A stretch of DNA of 64,000 nucleotides from Massalongia carnosa (Eukaryota), in the NCBI GenBank assembly GCA_965645245.1, contig OZ287078.1, positions 930,001-994,000 of the forward strand, given 5' to 3'. Under the pieces are notes generated by a model. It did not search any database. It saw only the letters and a program-made list of their open reading frames with translations, and was not told the DNA's origin. Below, piece after piece: positions 26,068 to 37,061 of the stretch (its first letter is position 1; every line of letters begins with the position of its first letter). The translations under genes and the position numbers were made by a program.

Positions 26068-27371
26068 TGGTAGGTCGTTAGTGTCCGGATAGGCGAATTT
26101 AAACGAATTTCATAGCAGTATGAATTATCTATTGTTGCTGTTACAAAATCAACGTTTCAGTAAAATGATGCGATTATTTGTTTACATATAACTAATGTTT
26201 AGTATAACCTCCATTTGCATTCAGGACTGCTTGCACTCGACGAGGCATTGACCGCATTAAACTTTCCAAAAACGCCTCCGTTATGTAGTCCCATGCCTCC
26301 AAGATAGCATCAACAATGGCCTCTTGACTTTTTGGGGCACTTGCTGACAGAATGCGTAATTCGGGGTGTCTTCTAAAGACTATGTTCTTCACTTTCTCCC
26401 ATACCATCTCGATGGGGTTCAAATCGGGGGAGTAGGCCGGCCAATCCATGACCGTGTACCCCTTTTCTTTGAACTAGTCCATTGTCTCTCGAATTTTGTG
26501 TGTTTTAGCTCCAACTTGCATGAAAACAATGCCCGAATCGACATCGAGCATGGTAGGAAGATCTTCTTTATAAGCATCGAGTATAATCAACCTTGTGATA
26601 CCTTTCTTTCCCGTACGATCTGGATCGGGCTCCAACGAGATCAAACCACCCCGTCGATTGCCTGCAAAGCAGCCCCAGAACATCTTTGTGACTCTTGATC
26701 CATTGTTGACTGGTTCGAAGCATTCTTGATCCCATTTCTCATTTGGAAGTCGAAAAACCCACACGTTCTCACTCCCATCCTGTTTGCAAACTAATATCTC
26801 ATCAGACCAACACACTTGAGCCCACTCATCCTCCAAAACATCCTCATATTAACGTGCCCAGCCCAGCCAATCAACAATATGAGCTTCCGTTAACATCGTA
26901 CGATTGGCTGCGCGCCATTTGCGAACGTTTTAATCTCGAAGACGTCGTTTCATGGTGGTTCGAGAAACATCGGGCATAATGTTAGCTTGCAAACTCCCCC
27001 AGAGGCTGTCGACCACCCTTTGACCCCGATTTAATTGCTGCTCGTATCAAATGACGATCTTCTCGTACTGTGGTTATTTTGGGCTGACCAGATCGTACTT
27101 CCGATTTGTGGTCGTCGCGTGTTGTAGCCTTCTTCAAAGTGTCTCCTATGGTGGAACGACCCCATTGCGGAAACTTTTCGTGTATAGTACTAACGTAGGC
27201 GCCGGCGAGGCCCATACCGTACATTTCAGCTCTGATTATGACGGGCACTTCTTTGCGCGTAGTTTTGGGCTGTTTAGAGCTACGTGGTGGTGGCATGATG
27301 GATTGAAAGGTGGTTATTTACTTTTCAAAACGAAAAAAATTCTCGCCTATCCGGACACTTCTGACCCCGCA
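26068..27371 (-). mobile_element. Tc1-like DNA transposon, 1304 bp, defective
   Basis: Imperfect TIRs with core AGTGTCCGGATAGGCGA; TA on both flanks (26066-67 and 27372-73). Confidence 0.88.
26192..27296 (-). pseudogene. Tc1 transposase pseudogene
   Basis: RSGQPKITT, VCWSDE, MFWGCF, FMQ(V)GAKTH with the second catalytic D lost, and WPAYSPDLNPIE. Frameshift near 26980 and in-frame TAG at 26474-76. Confidence 0.88.
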
Positions 27372-27693
27372 TAAATAGTTCAGAACATGATGAAAAAAGA
27401 ATAACCTACACAAGATCAAGTTTAAGTCATTAGCAATGATACGATTCACCGCTGCACAAGAGAAGGATATACAAGCATGATTTGTAGATTATAGACAAGC
27501 TTTAAAGACGTTACAGGTCAAAACAAAGAAGAATATTGTCAATTTCGATGAGGCAGGCTTTCGTGTTGAGTATATGAAAGGGCATCAGATTCTGGCACTC
27601 ACAGACGTATTAGAAGTTAGATTCTATATTCTTATTTATTTATTCAGCAAGTTAAATATATATTTTAGTTCTATGCGATAAGTCCTGAAAATC

Positions 27694-28501
27694 CAATCCA
27701 AAAAACGCAAAAACGCATCCAATTGCACGAAACTCTAGCCAAAGCGGAGAGCGCGCTAGCCATTCAGATATGCTCAGAAAAGATAGGCCTAGCCGCCTTC
27801 CTATATAGACGCCGAGTCCCAGACGTCTCGTCCCCGAACTGCTCAAGTGGCTGGCACAAACAGACTGCAAAACATGTGATCATGTTTTGCAACTCAACGA
27901 CAACAGACAAACTCTGCTAAATACGATAGGCACAATATTGAACAGGTCTATGACTATGGCTATATGACTATGTAAAGATAGGGGCCTGTATGACCATGAT
28001 GTTAAGGATGCAGAGTTGCTACGGAGTGCAGAGCAATCTGTTCCCTTTATATTGGTCACCTCTGCTAAGCGAGATGATAATAGTTTATCCGAGCCTCTAT
28101 GCGATTAGATTAGATCTGATCTTATCTAATCTATCGGCTAGGCAATGCTGGTAGAAGTTGTACACAAACAACTATCGATTAATTACTGAGTCATCTAAAG
28201 CAATGAAATTAGTCACAAAATGGCTAATGAAGACTGGTTTGTTGTCACAATTTTCGCTGACAGCACAGCATCTGTACTAACAGTAGGCATGCTTTGTTTC
28301 ATTTTTTATACTTGTCTTGGGTCAAAGGTTTTTTCATGGAGCACACCGCTAGGACCCAAAGGGTCCTCGGCCGGACACAGGATTGCATGGTTTTTCTTCC
28401 TCAAAAGGGTTTCCATATACTATACAACTAGATAGACTCGCCCGCATTGGCCGGCCTTCGGCCGGTACAACATCGGAATAAGCATCATCATCATCATCAT
28501 C
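27694..28501 (+). mobile_element. 5'-truncated Tad1-like LINE fragment inserted in the pogo transposase
   Basis: 14-bp TSD AAGTCCTGAAAATC at 27680-93 and 28502-15. ORF2 end AIQICSEKIGLAAFLYRRRVP..C..GW..QTAKHVIMFC..KWLMKTGLLSQFSL*. 3' UUCG hairpin, AATAA and (CAT)n tail. Confidence 0.9.
27936..28162. mobile_element. Solo LTR (227 bp) inserted in the LINE fragment
   Basis: TSD CACAA at 27931-35 and 28163-67. Termini TA..TA, consistent with mutated TG..CA. Removal restores the LINE frame IGTNNYRL. Confidence 0.7.
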
Positions 28502-29755
28502 AAGTCCTGAAAATCGTAAATCTTTCACGCTATTTGAATGCATCAATGCAGCGGGCGACTATCCTTCACAACCTTTAATTCTTATACAAGGACATGAAAT
28601 CATGATGAACTAATTTTCAAAAGAGCTGCCAAAGGGAAATCGAATAATATCTTCAGAAAACGGATTTACTTCTGACAAGATAGCACAGATGGTTCTTCAG
28701 CATTATATTGATCATTCAGACTCTGGATCAGAAGCAGACTGGAAAATAATGCTCACGGATAACCATGGCAGTCATTGTACTCCTGAGTTCATAGCTCTTG
28801 CTAATATAAATCACATTTATTCTTATTCACTTATATCGAATCTTACACACTGTATGCAGCCGCTTGATGTTGGAGAATTTCAACCTTATAAATACTGACA
28901 TGATATGACAATTCAAGATGCTCTACTGGAATTCAGTGTTGAGTATACATTACAGCGATTTCTTGCGAATCTTACTAAGATACGTGATAATACTTTCAAG
29001 AAATGTACTATTCGAAGTGCTTTTGAGAAATCAGGAATGTGACCTGTTGTTAATGCTAAAAACTGCATCTCACTGCTTAAAACTTTCAAGCCGCCTGATG
29101 CTCAAGAAAAGCTACACAATAAAGAAAAAGAGCCTATTCTTTCAATCTTGCCTCATATTCAGTCAACATCCTCAATGGATGTTGAAATAGGACTTCAAAC
29201 ATGACAGAAGAAAATTCAACAATGTTGTGGAGTGATCCGGCTCGCTCAGAGCAATTTGAGTCGTTTGTTAATGATACAAAAACCGTTTGTACATGTCAGG
29301 GGAGGGCTGGAGAGATACAAGACTCTATCTTGCAGAACGCATATCTAGATATGCTAAAACTAGAAGTAGAGAATAATACACAAGACGTCCGATGAAGAGC
29401 TCTAAACACCTGGGAAACCACATAGACTTTATAGCCATGGCTTTCAACTCTCCTATTCTCGACTTGCCCCGTCTCTGTTCCTGTACTAATTTCCTTAACA
29501 TGATTGCTTTGACCTATCCCGCCTTTATCTGTGCTGAAGCACTCTCAGTCATAAGCCTGGATAGTGGAGACGTTGAGATTGGATACGGATTGTAGGAGAT
29601 TGATAGTGCGCTGAGGGCGGCAGAAGAACGCCTGAGCACGATGGATGACAGCAATGGGCCCTGTTAAATACTAACCCGATCAGGACAAGCGGGAGGGTGC
29701 GAAGCGATTCCGTGACAGTAGCTCCCCTCTTCAAGAACGAGCTCCTGCGAGTTGA

Positions 29756-32700
29756 CTAAATTTCTTGGCAACGACAGCGGGGAGTTGTACATGGGGTGAT
29801 GTGTGGTCCGGCGGCGGCAGGGTAAGCAGAATGAAAGTCGTCTAAGGCTTGCTGACAATTAGTTAGGAAGTTGAATGGTTCCCAAGTAGGGGTATGTCCT
29901 TCCCAATTGACGAAATACTGCAACAGAGGCGGCTGATAACGGCGATCGTATTTTGAGTTCAGAATGCTGTTTACATACCATTCCCGTTGCCCGTCTTCTG
30001 CGATAACAGGATCACGCGGTGCTGGGTGTTGACCGGGCAAAGGGTCGGCAGGGTCGTGTTGCAAGAGATTGACATGGAAAACAGGATGAATCTTGACAGT
30101 CTCTGGGAGTTCCAACTGTACGATTAAAGGATTGTTTGGGAAGACACGATTCACCCGATATGGTCCTATATTTCTGTCGTCCAATTTCACCGTAGGTCTG
30201 GCAGTCTGGATATTCTTTGTGTTTAACCAGACCATATCTCCGACAGAATAACGAGGGCAGGGACGACGATTTGCGTTGGCGTTGGATTCATATATGGCTT
30301 GGGCAATTAGCATTTCGTCACGCAGGTGAGAATCTAATTTCTGCATCCTGTCAGCGAATTTATTAGCAGCAATCAGATTTGCCCGGGCCTGGGTCGATAT
30401 ATTTTCCGGTAGAGGTTCTGCAGGTTCAAAGCCCATGCGGGGGTGTTGCCCTGAATTTGCTAAAAATGGCGATGCCAGAGTGCTAGATGAATCAGTGTTA
30501 TTGGCAGCGAATTCAGCGCCAGGAAGAAACTCGACCCAATCATCCTGCATATAATTCACATAAGCCCTAAGGTAATGCTCCATTGACGCATTTGCTCTTT
30601 CCGTTTGACCATCTGTTTCAGGATGATAACTGGTTGATAAACGAGCATCAATCTTTAGTCGTTTGCACAATGTTTGCCAGAAGTCCGATACGAATTGGGA
30701 TCCACGATCAGAAACTAGAACATCTGGCAGGCCATGGTGTTTCCATACATACCAATAGAAAGCTGTTGCGGCTTCTTCGACTTCCATCGTTATGGTAGGT
30801 GCGTAATGCTTTTGTTTGGATAATCGATCAACGAATACAAGAATGTAGCGATAGGTGACTCCCATAAAGGTACTTACGGGGAGAGGACCGACATAATCCA
30901 TGGATACGTCTCGCCAGCGGCGTTCTGGCGGAGGCAACGGTCGCAACCATCCTTGGTATCTTTCCCGCGATGGTTTAGACCGTTTACACACATGGCAGTT
31001 TCGCACGAATTGCTGAATGGTCTTATGCATACTGGGCCACCAATAGGAGCGGCCGATAATCTCGAAGCATTTCGCACGTCCTGGATGGCCACCTACCACA
31101 CTATCGTGGGCTAATTGCAGAATCCTGAGTCTCAATCTGTCTGATTTTGGTACATATCGTCGATTTCGGAAGTAAAGAACACCATCCCTGTCTTCGCATT
31201 CAGCCAACTGAATTCCGCTGTGATATCTGGTTCCGTTTTGCAGCATTACTAGAATTTTCGGGGCAAAGCGATCTCTTTGAATGGCTTGATTCCAAAGCTC
31301 GTCGGTAGGGATATCCATCGGGTCATTGTCAGAGGCGATCTGATCTGAATCTGGATCGAGTTGAGGTTCGTCGTTATGATTATCATCTTCGTTGCCTAGA
31401 TTTTCGGATTCATCGAGTTCGTGTTCCTGTTCTAAAAACGCAGGTGCTAGCCTTATGACTTCTTGTTCTAGGAAAGCGGGTGCTAATCTTATAGCAGGGC
31501 ATAAATTCAGGTCTCGGGCAACTCCTTCATCTATATTATGCGATTTGATGACAGTTTGATGTTGAAATTGTCGGCGTTCGTCTGTTTCATCCCCTTCTTT
31601 AGGGAGATCTCCTGATCTCCTTGTTAGGGCGTCTGGTTTCCCACCTGCTTTTCCAGGTCGATAGATTATTTTATAATCAAATCGGGATAAGAACTCGCTC
31701 CAGCGGGCTTGACGGCGGCTCAATTGCTTGGAAGACGTGAAATATTCTAGATTTTTGTGATCCGTGATTACATTGATTGGGTGAGCGGAACCCTCCAATT
31801 CGGGTCTCCATTCTTCGAAAGCCCGAACGATTGCCATTAACTCCTTATCATAGATTTCATAATTTACATTCCGCCGGATTGTGTTTCTTGGAAAAGTAAG
31901 CAATAGGTCTTAGAATACTGTTCTTGTCATATTGCGAAAGAATTCCTGCGGATATATAATCAGAGGCGTCTGTCTCCACGATAATTGGCTTGTCTGGATC
32001 GAAGTGCAATAAGACTACGTCTGAGGTGAAGGTTCTCTTCATAGTGTCGAAAGCTTGCTGACATTTATCAGTCCATAAAAATTTCACGTCTTTTCGTGTG
32101 AGGTTGGTTAATGGGCCAGCAATCATGCTAAACCTCAGAATGAATCGTCTGTAAAAGTTCGCAAACCCTAAGAAGCTCTGTACGTCTTTCACGTTTTGGG
32201 GAGTGGGCCAATTAATAACAGTTTCGACTTTGGCAGGGTCCATTTTTATCCCCTCTGTGGTCACGATTAGACCTAGATATGAAACTTCTTTCACATGAAA
32301 TGCGCATTTAGTGATGTCTGCTTGAAGGCCTGCCTCACGCAGTTTGATCAGAATTCTTTTAACGTGAATCTCGTGCTCTGATTCAACGTCACTGTATATC
32401 AGAATGTCATCCAAATATGCGGTGCAAAAGTCGTCCAGATACTCTCGCAGAGTATCGTTGATAAAGTGCTGAAAAGAGGCGGGTCCATTACACAACCCGA
32501 AAGGCATTACCAGGTACTCAAATAGACCAAATCTTGTGCGGAATGCGGTGAGTTCTTCGTCGCCTTCCTTTATGCGTAGGCGATTAAAGGCTGCTATTAT
32601 ATCTAATTTAGTAAATATTTTAGCTCTGGACAAGCGATTCAAGGTCTCGGCTATCAATGGCAACGGATATCTATTCTTGATAGTGACGGCATTCAGGCCT

Positions 32701-34200
32701 CTGTAATCAATACAGAAGCGAAGGCCCCCTCCGGGCTTTTTCACGATCATGACAGGAGACGCCGCATGCGAACGGCTGGTACGAATGAACCCCTTGGCCA
32801 AATTATCGTCTAAATACCGACGGAGTTCTTCTATTTCGTCGCGGCTCATGCCGTATAACGCTTGATTTGGAGGTTGGAAGCCATCTTTCAAATTGATGGC
32901 ATGGTCGTAGGGCCGGCGCTCTGGAAGCACTTCAGATTCTTTTCTAGAAAAAACGTCTAGGAATTCGTGATATTGTTTCGGTAAGATGGTGCTCGGGTCA
33001 ACGTTCTTTCGTTCCCGAATGGCTTCAAGCTCTTCTTGAGTTACGGATGTTTCTAAGGTTAGCTCCTTATTCATTTTGCAGATGGTCATATGCATATCCT
33101 TATCGCTAGGGCAGGCCTTCGGATTCAATGGTGGAAAGGCCTGCATCGCTATTAGGCTAATGGATGAGCTAGGGTCGGAATGACTGGGACTGGGACTGGG
33201 AGGTGCTTTTATTCCTAAAAAGCGATCGATTTCATGAAGTGAGATACTAAATATCTCGTGATTTTTCTTTCTAGCAAGGCGATCGAAAGTTACTGCGCTG
33301 ACTTCGCAAATTTGTGACGAATTGCTGCAGGATGTCTGAGTTGAGTTGATTGTCTGAACTGAGCTGGATATCTGAGTCTGATTGGGTTTCTGGATTGGAC
33401 TGAGTGTCCGAACTGATTGGGGTCTGACACGTACATAGCTTTGTGATCGTGGTCTGATTTTCGGAGTTGTGCCTCTCTGAATGGCGGTGAGTATTCGGCT
33501 TGGGCCATCTTCTTTTTGATATTCAAAGATGGAGAGCTCGGGTTGACTGGTCTGCAGAGCTGTTTCTTCTGATTGCCATACCTTCTGACTTTCGGCAGGC
33601 ATAAGGAATTCTTCTTCTTTCGTGGTGGCTGATTGCACTATTACAGGTGAAGGACAGCAGTGTGCAAGGCAAAAGGGGGACGATAGGGACAAGGTGTTGT
33701 TGGAAAAGTTTGTAATGACTCCGTGTCTGCGAAGCCATGGGTGGCCCAAAACAATGGGGTAATGTCTTAATCCTGTTACATAAAGAAAGAGCTTTTCTAC
33801 ATGCCCATTTAGGTCCATGGTAACTTCGGCGATGTGAGTTATGTTGCCAGTCAATGCTGGCTGGCCATCGAAGCCGGAAAGTCGTCTAGGATATTTCAAT
33901 TGGTGTAAGGGGAAGTTATGAAAACGCGCGAAATCTTGATCAATAAAGGAATATCCAGATGCACCACTGTCCACAAGAAGCAAAGCTTTTATTCTGTTTT
34001 GAAAACGACGTAATATACAAGAGATAACCATATGACTATCTCTAAATGTCTCATCAGTTTCAAAAAGAGTAAGAGCAGACGCCGCCGAAAAACGATTGCT
34101 AGACATGAGCTGCGGTGTAAACGATGTGGACAGCAGGCAAGAAGAAATCAAGAAATCAGGTTGTCTCTGCGCGCGACTATGCGCAGAGACTAAGCTTTTT
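29756..34200 (-). pseudogene. Gypsy pol (protease, RT, RNase H, integrase, chromodomain) with one +1 frameshift at ~31862
   Basis: [59 protein letters not shown] and chromodomain YFVNWEG..TWEP. TGTAAATTATGAA has one extra A relative to the C-N-Y-E reading. Confidence 0.92.
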
Positions 34201-35428
34201 CTACCTCCTGGACCTTAGATATCTGTGACGTTGATATCGGCGTTGATTGTGCATTTGATGATCCCTCATATAGGACAAGGGAGCGAACCGCGGTTGTCTT
34301 TCGATTCGGGCAGTCACCAATGGTACCCGGATGTTGACGTCGACAATAGAAGCATAGCTTCCAGTCATCACAGATCTTACGGACTCCTGGATCCGTCAAC
34401 TTATGACCTCGAACGGCGGCCATTGCTGAACTCAGATCCATGGGATCGCCGCCGGCAGCGGCGACAGGGGCAGCAGGTGTGGTGACGGCCGGGGTGATGC
34501 GTGTGGTCGTGTTGGAGGTGCTGGTCGTGGCAGGTGCGTTTCCTCGTCTAGTGGTCGGAGAATTGCTGGCATTGGCAGCAGGGGTGGTGCGAGAATGGCG
34601 ATGTTTTAACTGCCTCAGGTCCCAGTCGGTATCGGACCACATCTGCACATGATCGTCAAACGTAACGGGCCTGGACCCATCGGTTTTTCGCCACGAGATT
34701 GCGGCTGCCTGTGTGGCGTAGTTGACATTTGATCGCATGGCGTCGATTAGAGAGGCATCTTCCATTCCCGATCGTTCTTTCTTCTGTGTGAAGAGGTTAT
34801 AGTATTCTTCGAAACTTAGCGTACCCTGTTTGAGGGTGTCACGAAGATAGGTGCGTGCGTCTTCTTCCTCAAAGCGATTGCCACATGCCTGGCGCAATTT
34901 CATTCGCCAATCTTTTAGACTTGTCAGCGCGCACAAGCCATCCTTTCTATACCTGTTCATCAAGTTGTGTGCTTTTTTTCCGATGGTAAGTCGGGATTCG
35001 GCATAAGTTATCTTTTCGTTCTCTGTAGGATAGCGGTCATGGTTCACATGCATCCTCTGTATCAGACTCTGTTCCCATGAATCGAGATTGTCCATGTTGC
35101 CGTCGTATTCGGCAATGTCCGGCAGCTTTTCTGACTTGGCCGGTTTGTCTGTGGAGAGGTTCTTGGACATAGCAGCTGTTACGGCGGCCACGATCGAAGT
35201 AAGGAACTCGGGACTGAGAGAGGAAGAAGGGGAAGACGTGGAAGGTGGTGTAACAATGGTGGAGGCTTGTCGTGCTTGGGCTTCCTGTTCCAATTTTGCT
35301 ATTTGGTTTTGCAATCTCTCCATTTCTTGAAGGAATGGAAGGGGGTTGGCCTGCACGTAGGCAAGCTGTGCATCTGTGCTTTCAATGGGCTGCTCGGGCA
35401 TAGGTTGTCCTTGATCTTGGTTTGACAT
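34190..35428 (-). CDS. Gypsy gag, 412 aa
   Basis: [24 protein letters not shown] and zinc knuckle CFYCRRQH..C; located between the 5' LTR and pol. Confidence 0.9.
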   Translation of the reverse strand: MSNQDQGQPMPEQPIESTDAQLAYVQANPLPFLQEMERLQNQIAKLEQEAQARQASTIVTPPSTSSPSSSLSPEFLTSIVAAVTAAMSKNLSTDKPAKSEKLPDIAEYDGNMDNLDSWEQSLIQRMHVNHDRYPTENEKITYAESRLTIGKKAHNLMNRYRKDGLCALTSLKDWRMKLRQACGNRFEEEDARTYLRDTLKQGTLSFEEYYNLFTQKKERSGMEDASLIDAMRSNVNYATQAAAISWRKTDGSRPVTFDDHVQMWSDTDWDLRQLKHRHSRTTPAANASNSPTTRRGNAPATTSTSNTTTRITPAVTTPAAPVAAAGGDPMDLSSAMAAVRGHKLTDPGVRKICDDWKLCFYCRRQHPGTIGDCPNRKTTAVRSLVLYEGSSNAQSTPISTSQISKVQEVEKA

Positions 35429-36104
35429 GACTGATTATCTATAGGCAAAAAACGAAAAGAGAAAGGAAGAATAGTGCTTTGAAAAACACAAAAAAATATA
35501 GATCGGACGTAATGTCAGGGGAGGGCTGGAGAGATACAAGACTCTATCTTGCAGAACGGATATATAGATATGCTAAAACTAGAAGTAGAGAATAATACAC
35601 AAGACGTCCGATGAAGAGCTCTAAACACCTGGGAAACCACATAGACTTTATAGCCATGGCTTTCAACTCTCCTATTCTCGACTTGCCCCGTCTCTGTTCC
35701 TGTACTAATTTCCTTAACATGATTGCTTTGACTTATCCCGCCTTTATCTGTGCTGAAGCACTCTCAGTCATAAGCCTAGATAGTGGAGACGTTGAGATTG
35801 GATACGGATTGTAGGAGATTGATAGTGCGCTGAGGGCGGCAGAAGAACGCCTGAGCACGATGGATGACAGCAATGGGCCCTGTTAAATACTAACCCGATC
35901 AGGATAAGCGGGAGGGTGCGAAGCGATTCCGTGACAGCGATTACGAACCTTAGGTTCAGGATTAGGACTTACTAAAGAGAATGCTGAGAAAATGATTGCA
36001 GCAAAGGAAAAACAAGTTAAAGAAACAGAAACAAAGAAGCAGCATCAGACATAAATGAAGATTTGGCGTATGGAAAGAGACGCCAAATATGTCGAAGGAG
36101 TATC

Positions 36105-36600
36105 TATAAGAGGGACAGTAGACACTAGTCCTTATGGGTTATAATGCTCAGTGTGACTGCTAATAGATTGGTAGGTGCTAAAGCTAAAAGCTGATTCCCT
36201 GAAGATGGGAATCGAGCTTTCTATATACCCCTTGGGGTCCTATTTACTAACTACTTGTCTGGTTACCTGTCTGCCTTGTTGCCTTCAGCTGAGGTCTAGT
36301 AGATAGCCTTGCTGCCTTCAGCTGAGGTCTAGCAGATAACCTTGTTGCCTTCAGCTGAGGTCTAGCAGATAGCCTTGTTACCTTCAGCTGAGGTCTCCTA
36401 GGCGTCCCAGGCCTCCCATGAGATCGAGGCTTATCTGAATAGCTTCAGTTGCTGCCTAACAAACTGGTAAGGCTGATTGCTGATGGCTTAGTATTGCTAT
36501 CCGCCTTATCATGACTAAGCATCCGGATTATCAGTCACCCGGTCTTCTTGGGTGAGTCATCCCAGGAGCTAGCGCAGTCCTGTATTGCCGCGCTATTACA
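36105..36600. mobile_element. Solo LTR (496 bp) with internal 33-bp tandem repeats
   Basis: TSD GTATC at 36100-04 and 36601-05. Termini TATAA(TG changed to TA)...TTACA. About 3.7 copies of GCCTTGTTGCCTTCAGCTGAGGTCTAGCAGATA at 36273-36396. Confidence 0.85.
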
Positions 36601-36605
36601 GTATC

Positions 36606-36693
36606 CACCGCGATCTGCACCAAGGCCCGAAAGGGGGCGCTAGGTAGAGGCGCCGGCGGGAGTGACGGCGCCAGCGAGGTGCAGATCGCTGTG
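36606..36693. other. 88-bp GC-rich element with 16-bp terminal inverted repeats (MITE-like or structured RNA)
   Basis: CACCGCGATCTGCACC ... GGTGCAGATCGCTGTG (15/16 complementary) enclosing three small hairpins. No clear TSD. Confidence 0.55.
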
Positions 36694-37061
36694 TTTCCGC
36701 CAACCTTAGAAATAGAAGCAATACGAGGTCACATGAACTAGCCGACGATTAATCAATCGTTGTGTATGAACGTTTGCTTCACATCCGTCTGAACGTTCAG
36801 ACGTCATGATTTACTAGCTGAAACGTCGAATCATGTCTTGAGGAATTTTTTTCACTTTCTTCGTTTTTGAAAGATTATAATTCCAAAGCCCCTTTAACTG
36901 AGGAGAGGGAATTAGTGGGTGTAGCGATAGTAGGATTCTATATGCACTTAACCCTATTAATAGCGCCACAAGTAGATACATACCTATAAGTTTATGACCT
37001 TATCATGTCAACTCGCCAAGGATTATATCGTAAATTCTAGCTCTCCATATCCTCCAAAGAA

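Larger units (their letters stand above)
29294..35936 (-). mobile_element. Ty3/Gypsy chromovirus LTR retrotransposon, full length (6643 bp)
   Basis: 424-bp LTRs at 29294-29717 and 35513-35936 (TG..CA, ~5 differences). Polypurine tract AAGAGGGGAG next to the 3' LTR. Domain order gag, PR-RT-RH-IN-chromodomain. Flanking 5-mers differ (GTACA vs GCGAT). Confidence 0.97.
25152..36104 (+). pseudogene. Fragmented pogo/Fot1-family (DDE_1) transposase pseudogene
   Basis: Pieces at 25152-25232, 25727-26067, 27374-27693, 28516-29293 and 35937-36104. They give an HTH-like AAQIFKIRPTTL, GGQNKIL, NFDEAGFRV, SPENRKSFTLFECINAAG, NGFTSD, MLTDNHGSH and THCMQPLDVG. Many internal stops; intron ~27616-27668. Confidence 0.85.
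20455..36773 (+). mobile_element. Degenerate pogo/Fot1-like DNA transposon hosting a ~16-kb nest of insertions
   Basis: Inverted repeat TGACTAATCGTCGGCTAGT (20478-20496) vs ACTAGCCGACGATTAATCA (36737-36755), 18/19 match. Possible outer ACGTT termini at 20455 and 36773. Transposase pieces rejoin once inserts are removed. Exact termini uncertain. Confidence 0.7.

Noticed and set aside
29392..29595. Identical 67-aa ORF here and at 35611-35814
   Set aside because: Falls within the two LTRs; no coding evidence.
31425..31495. Duplicated IRLAPAFLEQE in Gypsy pol
   Set aside because: Simple in-frame duplication in the variable RNase H-integrase linker.
35950..35970. TTAGG repeats resembling telomere seeds
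   Set aside because: Part of the pogo coding remnant (LGSGLG); no tandem TTAGGG.
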